Part shown: one piece after another, positions 50,142 through 59,849 of the stretch | Layout: every line of letters begins with the position of its first letter | How positions within the stretch are numbered: position 1 is the first letter of the stretch | Source of the DNA: an uncultured Candidatus Saccharibacteria bacterium | GTDB lineage: Bacteria; Patescibacteriota; Minisyncoccia; Phycocordibacterales; CAIZLB01 | Assembly (NCBI GenBank): GCA_964627085.1 | Contig: CAZVIP010000001.1 | Span: 3,654-67,653, forward strand | Direction of reading: 5' to 3' | DNA: 64,000 bases | The notes under the pieces: generated by a model | Databases searched by the model: none | The model's input: the letters and a program-made list of their open reading frames with translations, nothing else | Told to the model about the DNA's origin: nothing | Position numbers and translations under genes: made by a program

Positions 50142-50912
50142 ATGTCAAAAATCTTTGACCAAAATACCACTAATACTGTGAAGGAGCTTTGCACCTTAGG
50201 CCTAACTGAGAAGGAGGCTTTGGTGTATCTAGCTCTTTTACCCCGTCGCGACACAGGCTCTTCCAAGCTGGTACTTGCCACCGGATTACACAAGCAGTTT
50301 GTCTACAATGCCTTAGGAAAGCTGGAGGGACTAGGTCTCGCAAAGCACGTAATTCAGAACGGGCGCAAGAAGTTCAGCGCCAACACCCCTCAACGCATCG
50401 TGAGTCTGATTGAGGAGAAAAGGGTCGCGGCAGGACGCCTAGCAGCAGAACTTCAGAAAAAATATATCGGAGCACATGATCAGGATGCAGAAATATTTCA
50501 GGGTGATAACGCTTTTGTCATGCACCAAATGAACAACATCGAGAGAGCACCTGAAGGAGCTACGCTATGTGTTATAGCAAGTGCGTCAGAACGCTATGGC
50601 GCAATTTTGCGTGAGCACGACCTTTGGGATGAATTTGAACGAATCCGAAAATCAAAAAATATTGCTATAAAATACCTGGGTTCGGAATCTCAACTTGAAA
50701 CCCTCAAAAGCAGAATGAGTGATGAAAAACCTTGGGAATATCGTATTCTTCCTGGCCACGCAACAGGACTCATGAATACTGACATTTGGGATGACCATGT
50801 AACATTCAATATATTTGGTGAACCGGTCCTTTCCATAACTATTACAGGTAAAGAAATCACCGATGGTTATCGACAATTTTTTGACACACTTTGGAAACTA
50901 GGGAGAATTTAA
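50142..50912 (+). CDS. TrmB-family transcriptional regulator 6
   Basis: LGLTEKEALVYLALL...TGLHKQFVY.AL..L...GL; IFQG; DIWDDHV; FDTLW. Confidence 0.88.
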   Translation: MSKIFDQNTTNTVKELCTLGLTEKEALVYLALLPRRDTGSSKLVLATGLHKQFVYNALGKLEGLGLAKHVIQNGRKKFSANTPQRIVSLIEEKRVAAGRLAAELQKKYIGAHDQDAEIFQGDNAFVMHQMNNIERAPEGATLCVIASASERYGAILREHDLWDEFERIRKSKNIAIKYLGSESQLETLKSRMSDEKPWEYRILPGHATGLMNTDIWDDHVTFNIFGEPVLSITITGKEITDGYRQFFDTLWKLGRI

Positions 50913-50966
50913 CTCAATGATTAGTATATAAAAAGACCAGGCATAACCTGATCTTTTTATATTTTG

Positions 50967-51037
50967 TGCGGGATAAGAGAATCGAACTCTTGTCTACTGC
51001 TTGGAAGGCAGTCATTCTACCACTAAACCAATCCCGC
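50967..51037 (-). tRNA. tRNA-Gly(TCC)
   Basis: GCGGGAT...ACTGC-CTTCCAA-GCAGT...GTTCGATT...ATCCCGCA cloverleaf; CCA not encoded. Confidence 0.95.
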
Positions 51038-51185
51038 ATTTATTGTGTTTTTGTTTCCACCCTTTATCAGGGCCCTATAGAGACAAACGACATACTCACC
51101 TATATCCAAACATGTTTAAGGTAAGCACAGCAATACTATATCAAAGAGATGCAGGAAATACAATTTCGTATATACTTTACCTATA

Positions 51186-52451
51186 ATGAATGGCCAAAAG
51201 AAATATATTGTCTTAGCTCTTTTTTCCATATCAATACTTGGATCAGTTGTAATTTACACGATCTTTGCCACACAAAATGCTGGTGAAAATTCAAAATACG
51301 CTTATTTTTGGCCAAAAAAGACAGAACAGCTCGCAACGATTTCATCAAAAGTTAATTCAATTGGTGATAAACTGCGAAAGCACAACCTCTTTTTCTCAAT
51401 CCCTAAACCGCTATTGCAGATAAATGCACCTGAATTCAAGATAATTAACCTCAACCAACCCAAAACATTACCTGAAAGTACACCTGCCGTGAGCCAAACC
51501 CCATCACCTGTGCCTTCACAAAAAAACCAAGCAAATACAACGCAAAACCCCATAAACATTCTTCCTGCACCAAAAACATCAGTTGCTGATATTATCAACT
51601 CGATACCAAACAATAACAATATTAATAACACACCGGAAAACAGCGTTGTTAATATACTTTGTAAAATCACCAACGGTAATACCACTCAAAATATTTCAAG
51701 CTCAGGAATCCTTATTTCAAATTCTGGCCTTATTTTGACAAATGCCCACGTTGCAGTGCATCCATTCTTGGACACATATACCGATTCAGCGGTTTCATGT
51801 GAAGCAAGGTCTGGATCCCCTGCTGTGAGCCCTCAAAAAGCTTCTCTTGTGTATATTTCACCGCAGTGGACATCAAGACATGCTGGTGAAATTTATGGTA
51901 ATTTTTCTGCCGATACAGGCGAAGATGATTTTGCCATCTTAAAGACATCACCAATCACTGGTCAGAGCAAAAATCAAAAAATATCACTACGAAACAAGGA
52001 TAATACCCTCTTATACGGTACACATACTGGTAACATCAATAACTTAGTTATTGGTCAGAAAATAAAGCTAATTGGATACCCAATTAACACCCAAAACACA
52101 CTATCACTCTATAAAAAGACCGAGGATTTGAATATTAACCATTTAACTAGCCTCGGAAATGAAAACACTAAGGATATTATTGAGACCTCGACGAGTATTA
52201 TTGGGAAAAGCGGCGCATCAGGAGGTGCAATTATTGATGCCCAGAACTACTTGGTAGGATTAGTAGCAAATATTGCCCCATCATCTGCAAATAACACCTA
52301 TGTAAGGGCACTCACCCTAGATCATATATACAAAACTCTTGAATCAGAGACTGGAATACAGTTTGACGAACTAATTTCTTCAGATGGCAGCAAGCTCAAG
52401 AAGTATTTTGAAGCCAACTATTTAAACAGCATTAAAAACAACCTTAGATAG
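51186..52451 (+). CDS. Membrane-anchored trypsin-like (S1) serine protease
   Basis: N-terminal TM; SGILI...LTNAHV; DFAIL; GASGG. Confidence 0.85.
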   Translation: MNGQKKYIVLALFSISILGSVVIYTIFATQNAGENSKYAYFWPKKTEQLATISSKVNSIGDKLRKHNLFFSIPKPLLQINAPEFKIINLNQPKTLPESTPAVSQTPSPVPSQKNQANTTQNPINILPAPKTSVADIINSIPNNNNINNTPENSVVNILCKITNGNTTQNISSSGILISNSGLILTNAHVAVHPFLDTYTDSAVSCEARSGSPAVSPQKASLVYISPQWTSRHAGEIYGNFSADTGEDDFAILKTSPITGQSKNQKISLRNKDNTLLYGTHTGNINNLVIGQKIKLIGYPINTQNTLSLYKKTEDLNINHLTSLGNENTKDIIETSTSIIGKSGASGGAIIDAQNYLVGLVANIAPSSANNTYVRALTLDHIYKTLESETGIQFDELISSDGSKLKKYFEANYLNSIKNNLR

Positions 52452-52782
52452 ACTGTCGGTGTAGGTCTTTTGCTCGTTTTGCGATTACTGCAACTACAGC
52501 ATCGATATCATCAATATCCCTTATTTTATTTGGTTTTTGCTCACCACATTTCAGGCATTTGTGTAAAACCGTGTAGGCCTTCCCTGTTGTCCCTTCTATT
52601 CTATAAGGCTCCATGAGGCCACAGCATTCATTTGCCCTGTCACCAGGGTTAATGTCAACATGTTTGCACCATAAGCACTTTGGACAGTGATTTGTATATC
52701 CATCCCCTACTACAAAAAAACCACATTTTTCACATGTAAAGTCCTCTTTTTTTCTAGTAAACCTTTTTGCTTGTAGTGTCAT
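52444..52782 (-). CDS. RNHCP-domain Zn-binding protein
   Basis: FTCEKCG...TNHCPKCLWCKHVD..PGDRA..C.GLM...HKC.KCG. Confidence 0.88.
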   Translation of the reverse strand: MTLQAKRFTRKKEDFTCEKCGFFVVGDGYTNHCPKCLWCKHVDINPGDRANECCGLMEPYRIEGTTGKAYTVLHKCLKCGEQKPNKIRDIDDIDAVVAVIAKRAKDLHRQSI

Positions 52783-52881
52783 ATATGCGAACCTGTGGTC
52801 AAAATAATGAGAAACCAGTATATAAGTTTGTGTAGGAAGTGTTAGCTATTTACTAACCAACCACACAATCTTAACTTCTTG

Positions 52882-52954
52882 TCGGGGCGCCGGGATTCGA
52901 ACCCGGAGTCACGTGTTCCCAAAACACGTATGTTAGCCGTTACACCACGCCCCG
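52882..52954 (-). tRNA. tRNA-Pro(TGG)
   Basis: CGGGGCG...CGTGT-TTTGGGA-ACACG...GGTTCGAATCC...CGCCCCGA. Confidence 0.95.
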
Positions 52955-53034
52955 ATTTGTATTTGAGCATTATCAGATACATTACCTTGAAAACAAGGTA
53001 ACTTTCGATAGCTTAGCATAGTTTTTTTTATATC

Positions 53035-53814
53035 TCAATTAAATTGAATAATATCAAGCTTTTCAAAAGATACAGATGCTGAAAACCTACACCTTTTCGA
53101 AACCACTCGCCCAGGCGGAGTGGAGCCTGGCAAGGCTTTAAACTCAATATACATAAGATATACTAGAGCACATACTTCCCCGCCTTTCAATACCTCTTTT
53201 TTGAATTTTTTAGACGAAATGTGCAAGGCGACAGATCTTTTTATTTTTTTTGATTTCAAAAATGTCATCGGCAAAAATTCAGAGCAGTTACACATGTAAC
53301 TTTTTGTAGTGGGTTTTGATTCTGTGGCTTTATACATGAATACTTTGGCATTATCGACACGACCAATCTGACCCACTATCCCCTCGTCTGTCAAACATGA
53401 TTCCCATACTTCAGCTGTGCGGTCAAGCCTGCCGGCCTTGCAATCATCAGCGTTCCCGGGTTCTGTCAAACAAAAACAGAACCTTGACCTAACCTCAAAC
53501 ACAAAAATATCAGTGAATGTGGCACGTGAAACGTCATTTTCACGTGTAACCGAGGTATACAAGAGGTCAATTTCACCATTTCTACCGACGTGTATATTCG
53601 ACCCGAGGAGGTTGAGCTGGGGTAGGTTTCTTGCTATCCAGTATTGGGCATATTTCTCACCATAACTGCCCACATTCTTTTTGCCTGATAATCTATCATT
53701 GTCATAAATCCCGGAGTAGGGGCCCGGCACTGATATTTCATTTATATGTCTATTGCTTGTCATTTGATACTCGGTTAGACAGTCATGTTCGGCATGACCT
53801 TTTAGCTGGTGCAC
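53035..53814 (-). CDS. Divergent YraN (UPF0102) PD-(D/E)xK nuclease-like protein with insertions; start uncertain
   Basis: GSYGEKYA...SN....GEIDLL...IFVFEVRSR matches the YraN pattern. Confidence 0.55.
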   Translation of the reverse strand: MHQLKGHAEHDCLTEYQMTSNRHINEISVPGPYSGIYDNDRLSGKKNVGSYGEKYAQYWIARNLPQLNLLGSNIHVGRNGEIDLLYTSVTRENDVSRATFTDIFVFEVRSRFCFCLTEPGNADDCKAGRLDRTAEVWESCLTDEGIVGQIGRVDNAKVFMYKATESKPTTKSYMCNCSEFLPMTFLKSKKIKRSVALHISSKKFKKEVLKGGEVCALVYLMYIEFKALPGSTPPGRVVSKRCRFSASVSFEKLDIIQFN

Positions 53815-54244
53815 CAGCTGAGTTAGGCTACCAAGTGGCTGATTAAATTCTGATCAACTTTGCGTATATTTTGAATGAAAATTGAAAAAGAAAAAATGGA
53901 GGGGGCAAAGATGATAATAGGTGAGGGTATCAGGAGAGAGAAGCGAAGAAAAAAAAAGGGGGGGGCGACAAGGGAGAAAGAAGAAGCGACGTGGAAAGGG
54001 TAGTGACGATGTACTTACCCAAGACTTGTTACACATGAGACATCCACTAGTGCAAAGTCGGGTCCGAAAGGTAGAGAGTTATCGACAAAAAGAAGTCTGA
54101 GGGGCAGTAGGTCACCCTGTACTTGAATCCAAGTTGTCGTCAGGTGAGGTAAAAGGCCAGAAAGGAGAAAAGCGCTAGGATAGCCCAAATCAGTCAAAAA
54201 CCAACACTTTTTTCAACCAGAAACACCCTCTAAAAGACTGTCTT

Positions 54245-54299
54245 TTATCAACATATCCACTGAGTTATCCACAGTTTTGTCTTTTTCAGACTATTCACA
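54245..54299. promoter_or_regulatory. DnaA-box cluster
   Basis: TTATCCACA (54265-54273), plus TTATCAACA (54245), ATATCCACT (54253) and CTATTCACA (54291). Confidence 0.55.
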
Positions 54300-54391
54300 A
54301 CTGACCTTTATATTCAGTATATGGCTATAAACAAGGTTATATTGAAATAGTTAGGAAATCAGTCACAAAGCAAATCAAAGTCACAATTTTG

Positions 54392-54462
54392 TGCGGGTAG
54401 GGAGAATCGAACTCCCGTCTCGTCCTTGGCAAGGACGCATTCTACCACTAAACCATACCCGC
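54392..54462 (-). tRNA. tRNA-Gly(GCC)
   Basis: GCGGGTA...CGTCC-TTGCCAA-GGACG...GTTCGATT...TACCCGCA. Confidence 0.95.
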
Positions 54463-54524
54463 ATGTTTTATATTTTATACATTCACAATAAATATTGCAA
54501 AAGCATACCTGACCTTTGTCATTG

Positions 54525-54596
54525 TGCACCCGCCAGGATTCGAACCTGGAATAACGGTTCCGAAGACCGTTGTGATATCCATTTCACCACGGGTGC
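54525..54596 (-). tRNA. tRNA-Arg(TCG)
   Basis: GCACCCG...ACGGT-CTTCGGA-ACCGT...GGTTCGAATCC...CGGGTGCA. Confidence 0.93.
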
Positions 54597-54754
54597 GAAT
54601 ATCTTACTTTGAATTAATAGATGTTTTGAGGCTATTCTATTTGGCCCCATAACTAACCGATATGGTTAATGTCTTTGGCCAAATTACTAATTCAACTTAA
54701 AGATAGTACATTATAAATAGCAAAAAATCAAAATATATACTAGTATTTCATTAA

Positions 54755-56371
54755 ATGACAAGATATATCTCCAACGGGCAGGAAGCAGCGACAAATACCG
54801 TCGAAATCAACACTGTCAAAATACCTCAGAAAATAAAGCTTATTGCAAAAACAATGAGCGATGCTGGGTTTGATGCATATCTTGTTGGAGGATGCGTCAG
54901 AGACCTAATTTTGGAAAGAAAACCCAAAGATTGGGACTTTACAACAAATGCTAAGCCTGAAGAAATCCAAAGTCTATTTACCCGAACATACTATGAAAAT
55001 ACATACGGCACAGTAGGGGTAGTAATCGAGGATGACCACACAAAAAATGAAACAGGGGCAGCCGAAGCAAGGTCTGCATCAGATCAAAAAACAAACACCT
55101 CAAACACTAACGTGAACAACAATACTCTAAACAAAGAGTTAGTTGCTTTAGATATCATAGAGATCACACCATATAGGACAGAGGGGGATTATAAGGACGG
55201 AAGACATCCTACATCTGTTGATTTCGGCACGGACCTTCACGGTGACTTAAATAGACGAGACTTCACAATCAACGCACTCGCTTATGACCTTAACAAAGAT
55301 ACATTAGTAGATGACTTTAATGGCTTAAAGGACATTAAAGAAAAGGTCTTAAGGACAGTAGGGGATCCCGACAAACGTTTTACTGAGGACGGACTCCGAC
55401 TCCTGCGAGCCATAAGATTAGCCGCGGAACTTGGTTTCACGATTAACATTGATACAGAGACAAGTATTTCAATGAATTCCGAAGTTTTATCCAAAATTGC
55501 CCAGGAAAGGATCCGGGATGAGTTTGTCAAAATGCTTAGTAACCAAAACGCTGTCACATCTATATTCTTGCTTCAGAAGCTTGGATTAATGAAATACATT
55601 ATCCCTGAGCTAGAAGAAGGGTTACACATGGAACAAAACCAGGCACATAGCTATAGTGTTTATGAGCACCTTTTGCGCAGTATGCAATGCGCTGTTGATA
55701 AGGAATACCCTGTAGAAATAAGGATTGCCGCACTTCTTCATGATATAGGCAAGCCCAGAAGTAGACGTTTTTCAGAGGAAAAGAAAGACTATACCTTCTA
55801 CGGCCATGAGGTTATCGGTGCCAAGATGACTAAAAAGATCTTGGAGAGGCTAAAGTTTTCACGGGAAACAATAGATTACGTCGAGAAACTTGTCCGTTGG
55901 CACATGTTCTTTAGCGATACAGGGCAAATAACACACTCTGCAGTGCGAAGAATGATTGCAAACGTAGGCAAAGATCATATCTGGGACCTAATTAACCTTA
56001 GAATATGTGACAGAGTAGGGACAGGGAGACCAAAAGAAGAACCTTATAGACTCAGAAAGTACATAACAATGATCGAAGAAGTACTCAGAGACCCTGTCTC
56101 TGTATCAATGCTCAAAATTGACGGCAATACAATGATATCTCAGCTAGATATTACACCGGGACCAAAAATTGGTTTCATGTTAAACATTCTTCTTGGTGAA
56201 GTTATTGAGGATCCATCCCTTAATACAGCTGAATACCTAGTTTCACGAGTAACAGAACTAAATGATACTGATGAAAACACACTCAAAGAATTATCGAAAA
56301 AAGCCGTCGACTTACGAAACATGGTTGAGGAAGAAGAGGTTCAGTCTATCCACAAGAAAAACAGAGTATAA
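54755..56371 (+). CDS. cca: CCA tRNA nucleotidyltransferase with HD domain
   Basis: VGGCVRD...DWDFTT, RRDFTINA, EDGLRLLRAIR, ERIRDE, LLHDIGKP. Confidence 0.93.
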   Translation: MTRYISNGQEAATNTVEINTVKIPQKIKLIAKTMSDAGFDAYLVGGCVRDLILERKPKDWDFTTNAKPEEIQSLFTRTYYENTYGTVGVVIEDDHTKNETGAAEARSASDQKTNTSNTNVNNNTLNKELVALDIIEITPYRTEGDYKDGRHPTSVDFGTDLHGDLNRRDFTINALAYDLNKDTLVDDFNGLKDIKEKVLRTVGDPDKRFTEDGLRLLRAIRLAAELGFTINIDTETSISMNSEVLSKIAQERIRDEFVKMLSNQNAVTSIFLLQKLGLMKYIIPELEEGLHMEQNQAHSYSVYEHLLRSMQCAVDKEYPVEIRIAALLHDIGKPRSRRFSEEKKDYTFYGHEVIGAKMTKKILERLKFSRETIDYVEKLVRWHMFFSDTGQITHSAVRRMIANVGKDHIWDLINLRICDRVGTGRPKEEPYRLRKYITMIEEVLRDPVSVSMLKIDGNTMISQLDITPGPKIGFMLNILLGEVIEDPSLNTAEYLVSRVTELNDTDENTLKELSKKAVDLRNMVEEEEVQSIHKKNRV

Positions 56372-56883
56372 AAATAAGGAAGAACCAGAAAAAAAAAGGG
56401 GGGGGTATCGACCTAAAAACGTTGCTCGGCAATAAAACTCGGGAAATAAAAAAGCCGCCCCATGTGCGCAATTTTGAAAGAACTAGAAAACGATTGATTA
56501 ATTTGTACCCAAACCCGTCCCAAAAAATATTTAATTGTGAGTTGCGCTCACGTGACGACTTATGAAATAAGCCCTGTGGTATGTCCTAGATGGATTAACA
56601 ACGATTACTGAACTGCAATGTTGATATATATATTTTGAGAGTTCGTATCGTGAACCCATCCATAAAAGACACCCATGGTCTTTTCAAATAACTTTTGCCC
56701 TCACTGAATGGCGCCCCCTGACATAAATATCGCATGTCCTTTAATATTCGTAAAGGACATTATTTATTATTCTGTGGATAAGTCACTGATTTTGCAAAAT
56801 ATAAATGTCTTTTATGTATTTTCTCTGCGGACCTTTCTTTCGCCGTTTTTGACTGAGGTATATAAAATTTTATTTCAACCTTA

Positions 56884-57663
56884 TTATTCAATCTCAATTG
56901 AGACCGGACAGTGATCAGATCCATAGACCTCACCGTGTATTTCAATAGATTTGATTTTCTTTAAAATCTTTTTTGTGGCAAAAAAAGTATCAATTCTCCA
57001 ACCTATATTCCTATCTCTTGCTGCTGTTTTCATATCCCACCATGTAAACACATCAGATGCTTCAGGATTAAAAACTCTAAATACATCACTGAGACCAAGG
57101 CGGACCAGTGCATCGAGTTTTGCTTGCTCCTCAGGCAAAAAGCCAACATTACCTTGATTCTCTTTAAATCTGGCAGCGTCATTTTCTTTGTGAACTATAT
57201 TAAAATCACCACAAACAATAACCTCTCCACCTGAATCAACAAGAGTCTGTATATGTTTCAGCATTGCGTCATAGAAGTTGATTTTGTAGTCCAATCTTTC
57301 TTTTGCACCTCCACCGTTAGGGAAGTAACAGTTTATAAGCGTAAACATAGGAAATCCTACTTGTATAAATCTTCCTTCTTGGTCAAGAGTACCGTCATTA
57401 AGTTTTAGTGAATCAAGAGTGTTTGTCGGGGTTTCTTTTGTATAGATAACAACACCACTATACCCTTTCTTCAATTTGGAGTGATCGAAATAGCTACTAT
57501 AGCCTTGCGGAGACCTCGTGTGAGCGTCTAGCTGGTCCGGATGGGCCTTTGTTTCTTGTAAACATAATATGTCTGGGTTGTGACTTAATATCTCGTCAAA
57601 GGCACCTTTTTTGACCGATGCGCGTATACCATTCACATTCCAGCATATTATTTTCTTTGCCAT
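56884..57663 (-). CDS. xth: Exodeoxyribonuclease III
   Basis: WNVNGIRA, LQETK, GYSGV, YFPNG, GDFN, TWW, GWRID, GSDHCP. Confidence 0.96.
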   Translation of the reverse strand: MAKKIICWNVNGIRASVKKGAFDEILSHNPDILCLQETKAHPDQLDAHTRSPQGYSSYFDHSKLKKGYSGVVIYTKETPTNTLDSLKLNDGTLDQEGRFIQVGFPMFTLINCYFPNGGGAKERLDYKINFYDAMLKHIQTLVDSGGEVIVCGDFNIVHKENDAARFKENQGNVGFLPEEQAKLDALVRLGLSDVFRVFNPEASDVFTWWDMKTAARDRNIGWRIDTFFATKKILKKIKSIEIHGEVYGSDHCPVSIEIE

Positions 57664-57787
57664 ATTGGCACTATTCTACACTAAATATATTTTTTTAATC
57701 AAAAGTGATTAAAGGCTGGTTTTAAAGATTGATTAAAAATTAATTACTAACAAAAGGCAGAAGGCAGAATTTGCTGCTAGATTAAAA

Positions 57788-58702
57788 TTAACTGCGCTTA
57801 CTGTGAAAATTCTTATGAATTTCTTTAAGGTGCCTGTCAGTAACATGTGTATATATCTGAGTCGTGGTGATATTTGCGTGCCCAAGGAGCGCCTGGACCG
57901 AACGTAAATCAGCCCCGTTTTGAAGTAAATCTGTTGCAAAACTATGTCTGATGACGTGGGGGGTGACTTTTTTTGATATACCAGCTTTTATGGCATAGGA
58001 TTTAACCATTCTCTCAACTGATCTTGGGATAGTATTAAAAAGCGTTGGGGAATCTATATTTGTAGCCACCTTTTGATAGTTCTTTATTGCAGACTTGGCC
58101 TCTTCTGACAAAAAAACTACTCTTACTTTTTCACCTTTTCCCCTTACAGAAATTTCATCTTTTGACAAATCAAGGTCGCGAGGGAGTGCACAGACCTCGG
58201 AGACTCGGAGCCCGGTTGAGAATAGTGTTTCTAGAATAGCCTTATCTCTAGCCCCTTTTTTCACATCTTTTTCCTTTGTAGGTGCATCAAGTAGCCTCAT
58301 GAGCTCTTCGTGCGATATCAAATCGAGTGATCTTTCTGGCACTTTTGCCAGTTCGATACTCTCGGCAGGGAGAGTTTTGATTGCTCTTTTTGTATTTAGA
58401 TATTTGAGGAAAGAGCGCAGGGCAATCAAATAGTAGTTTTGTGTCCTTTTTTTGAGTGTTTGCTGGCCCAAAACAACGGTCTTTTGGACTTTTGGTGAGT
58501 TTTTTGTTACTTTTCTGTTTAACCAGAGGCGATATTCGCGGATTTTGTCTGTTGTGATGTCTTCGACAGCAGGTGATCCGGCGTATTCAATAAATAAAGA
58601 GAGGTATCTATCGTAATTTTCAACGGTTTTTAGGCTTCGACCCTTCTCAATCTCAATATGTTCCAGGTATTCTCGCTTGAGTTGATTGATATTGTGCGAC
58701 AT
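57788..58702 (-). CDS. XerC/XerD-family tyrosine recombinase
   Basis: TGLRVSE, RGKGEK.R, HVIRHSFAT, LLGH...TTQIY; ATG at 58702. Confidence 0.93.
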   Translation of the reverse strand: MSHNINQLKREYLEHIEIEKGRSLKTVENYDRYLSLFIEYAGSPAVEDITTDKIREYRLWLNRKVTKNSPKVQKTVVLGQQTLKKRTQNYYLIALRSFLKYLNTKRAIKTLPAESIELAKVPERSLDLISHEELMRLLDAPTKEKDVKKGARDKAILETLFSTGLRVSEVCALPRDLDLSKDEISVRGKGEKVRVVFLSEEAKSAIKNYQKVATNIDSPTLFNTIPRSVERMVKSYAIKAGISKKVTPHVIRHSFATDLLQNGADLRSVQALLGHANITTTQIYTHVTDRHLKEIHKNFHSKRS

Positions 58703-58839
58703 GAAATAAATATAGCACAAAAGGCACGAAGTGTGGGCGCTTTATCCCAAAAATACCCCAAAACACATGTACCAAAACCACACTTTAGAGCCAGTTACAG
58801 GCTTGCATCGAAGATATATCTGTGATACCATTTTAAATC

Positions 58840-59187
58840 ATGTTAACAAAGTCTAAAAAACAGCGAATTATTAAAGGCGTGCAGGTACACGACACTGATA
58901 CTGGCTCTCCAGAAGCACAGGTTGCTTTGATCAGCGAACAAATTGAGGAACTTACAAAACACCTTAAGAAACACCTCAAAGATAACAGTTCACGAAGAGG
59001 TCTTCTACAACTTGTAGCAAACAGACAGTCACACCTTAAATACCTACAAAAGAAAGATCCAGCAAGATACACTGAACTTATCACTAAGCTTGAACTCAAG
59101 CGAAAGGATACTTCAAAGAAGGCTGATGCTCCAGCAAAAACAGTTAAAGCAAAGGCAAAAGCCGCTAAAGCTGCAAAGAAGAAATAA
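58840..59187 (+). CDS. rpsO: 30S ribosomal protein S15 (Lys/Ala-rich tail)
   Basis: DTGSPEAQVA...HLKKH.KD.SSRRGL; long terminator at about 59187-59237. Confidence 0.97.
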   Translation: MLTKSKKQRIIKGVQVHDTDTGSPEAQVALISEQIEELTKHLKKHLKDNSSRRGLLQLVANRQSHLKYLQKKDPARYTELITKLELKRKDTSKKADAPAKTVKAKAKAAKAAKKK

Positions 59188-59303
59188 TAAAAAATCAAAA
59201 ACATACTCAGCTGGAGTATGTTTTTGATTTTTTATTCATCTATCTTATGAACAGCTAATCGTTTTTTCAAATATTTTAAAAATAAGTTTGATATAATTTA
59301 AAT

Positions 59304-59834
59304 ATGTCAGTTATAAAACACAAAGAACAGCGTGTTGGTATTTTTATAGATACACAAAACCTATACCACAGCGCCAAGAATTTATATAGAGCACGAGTTA
59401 ATTTTGGTGCAATCATGAAAGAAGCAATAGCAGGGAGATCACTCATCCGTGCGATTGCCTATGTTATTACCACAGAAACAAATGAAGAGAAAAGTTTTTT
59501 TGATGCGCTAGGAAAACTAGGTATTGAAACAAAAACTAAAAATCTTCAGATTTTCGGCGATGGTGCAAAAAAGGCAGACTGGGATGTTGGTCTTGCAGTT
59601 GATGCAATTAAATTAGCCCCAAAACTAGATACGATTATCATTGCATCAGGTGACGGTGATTTCATTCCACTTGTTGAATACTTGAGAACAAATCAAGGTT
59701 GCCAAGTAGAGGTAATCGCCTTTGGAAGATCATCTTCTTCAAAGCTAATTGAATACGCAGACGACTTCATCGATATGTGCGATAACCCACGAAAGTTTGT
59801 TATGGGACGAGGTCAACCTGGACACGGAAATTAA
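59304..59834 (+). CDS. NYN/LabA-domain (PIN-like) protein
   Basis: IFIDTQNL, KADWDVGLAVD, SGDGDF, ADDFID. Confidence 0.9.
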   Translation: MSVIKHKEQRVGIFIDTQNLYHSAKNLYRARVNFGAIMKEAIAGRSLIRAIAYVITTETNEEKSFFDALGKLGIETKTKNLQIFGDGAKKADWDVGLAVDAIKLAPKLDTIIIASGDGDFIPLVEYLRTNQGCQVEVIAFGRSSSSKLIEYADDFIDMCDNPRKFVMGRGQPGHGN

Positions 59835-59849
59835 TCACCCGAATACACA

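Noticed and set aside
32141-51000. TrmB/cargo modules as integron cassettes or a prophage
   Set aside because: No convincing RYYYAAC...GTTRRRY attC sites. Genes are divergent with their own promoters, no IntI or phage structural genes are present, and housekeeping rsmE, clpP and HU are interspersed.
57788-58702. Tyrosine recombinase as the integrase of a mobile element
   Set aside because: Size and motifs fit housekeeping XerC/D, it is flanked by core genes (xth, rpsO), and no att-like tRNA duplication was seen.
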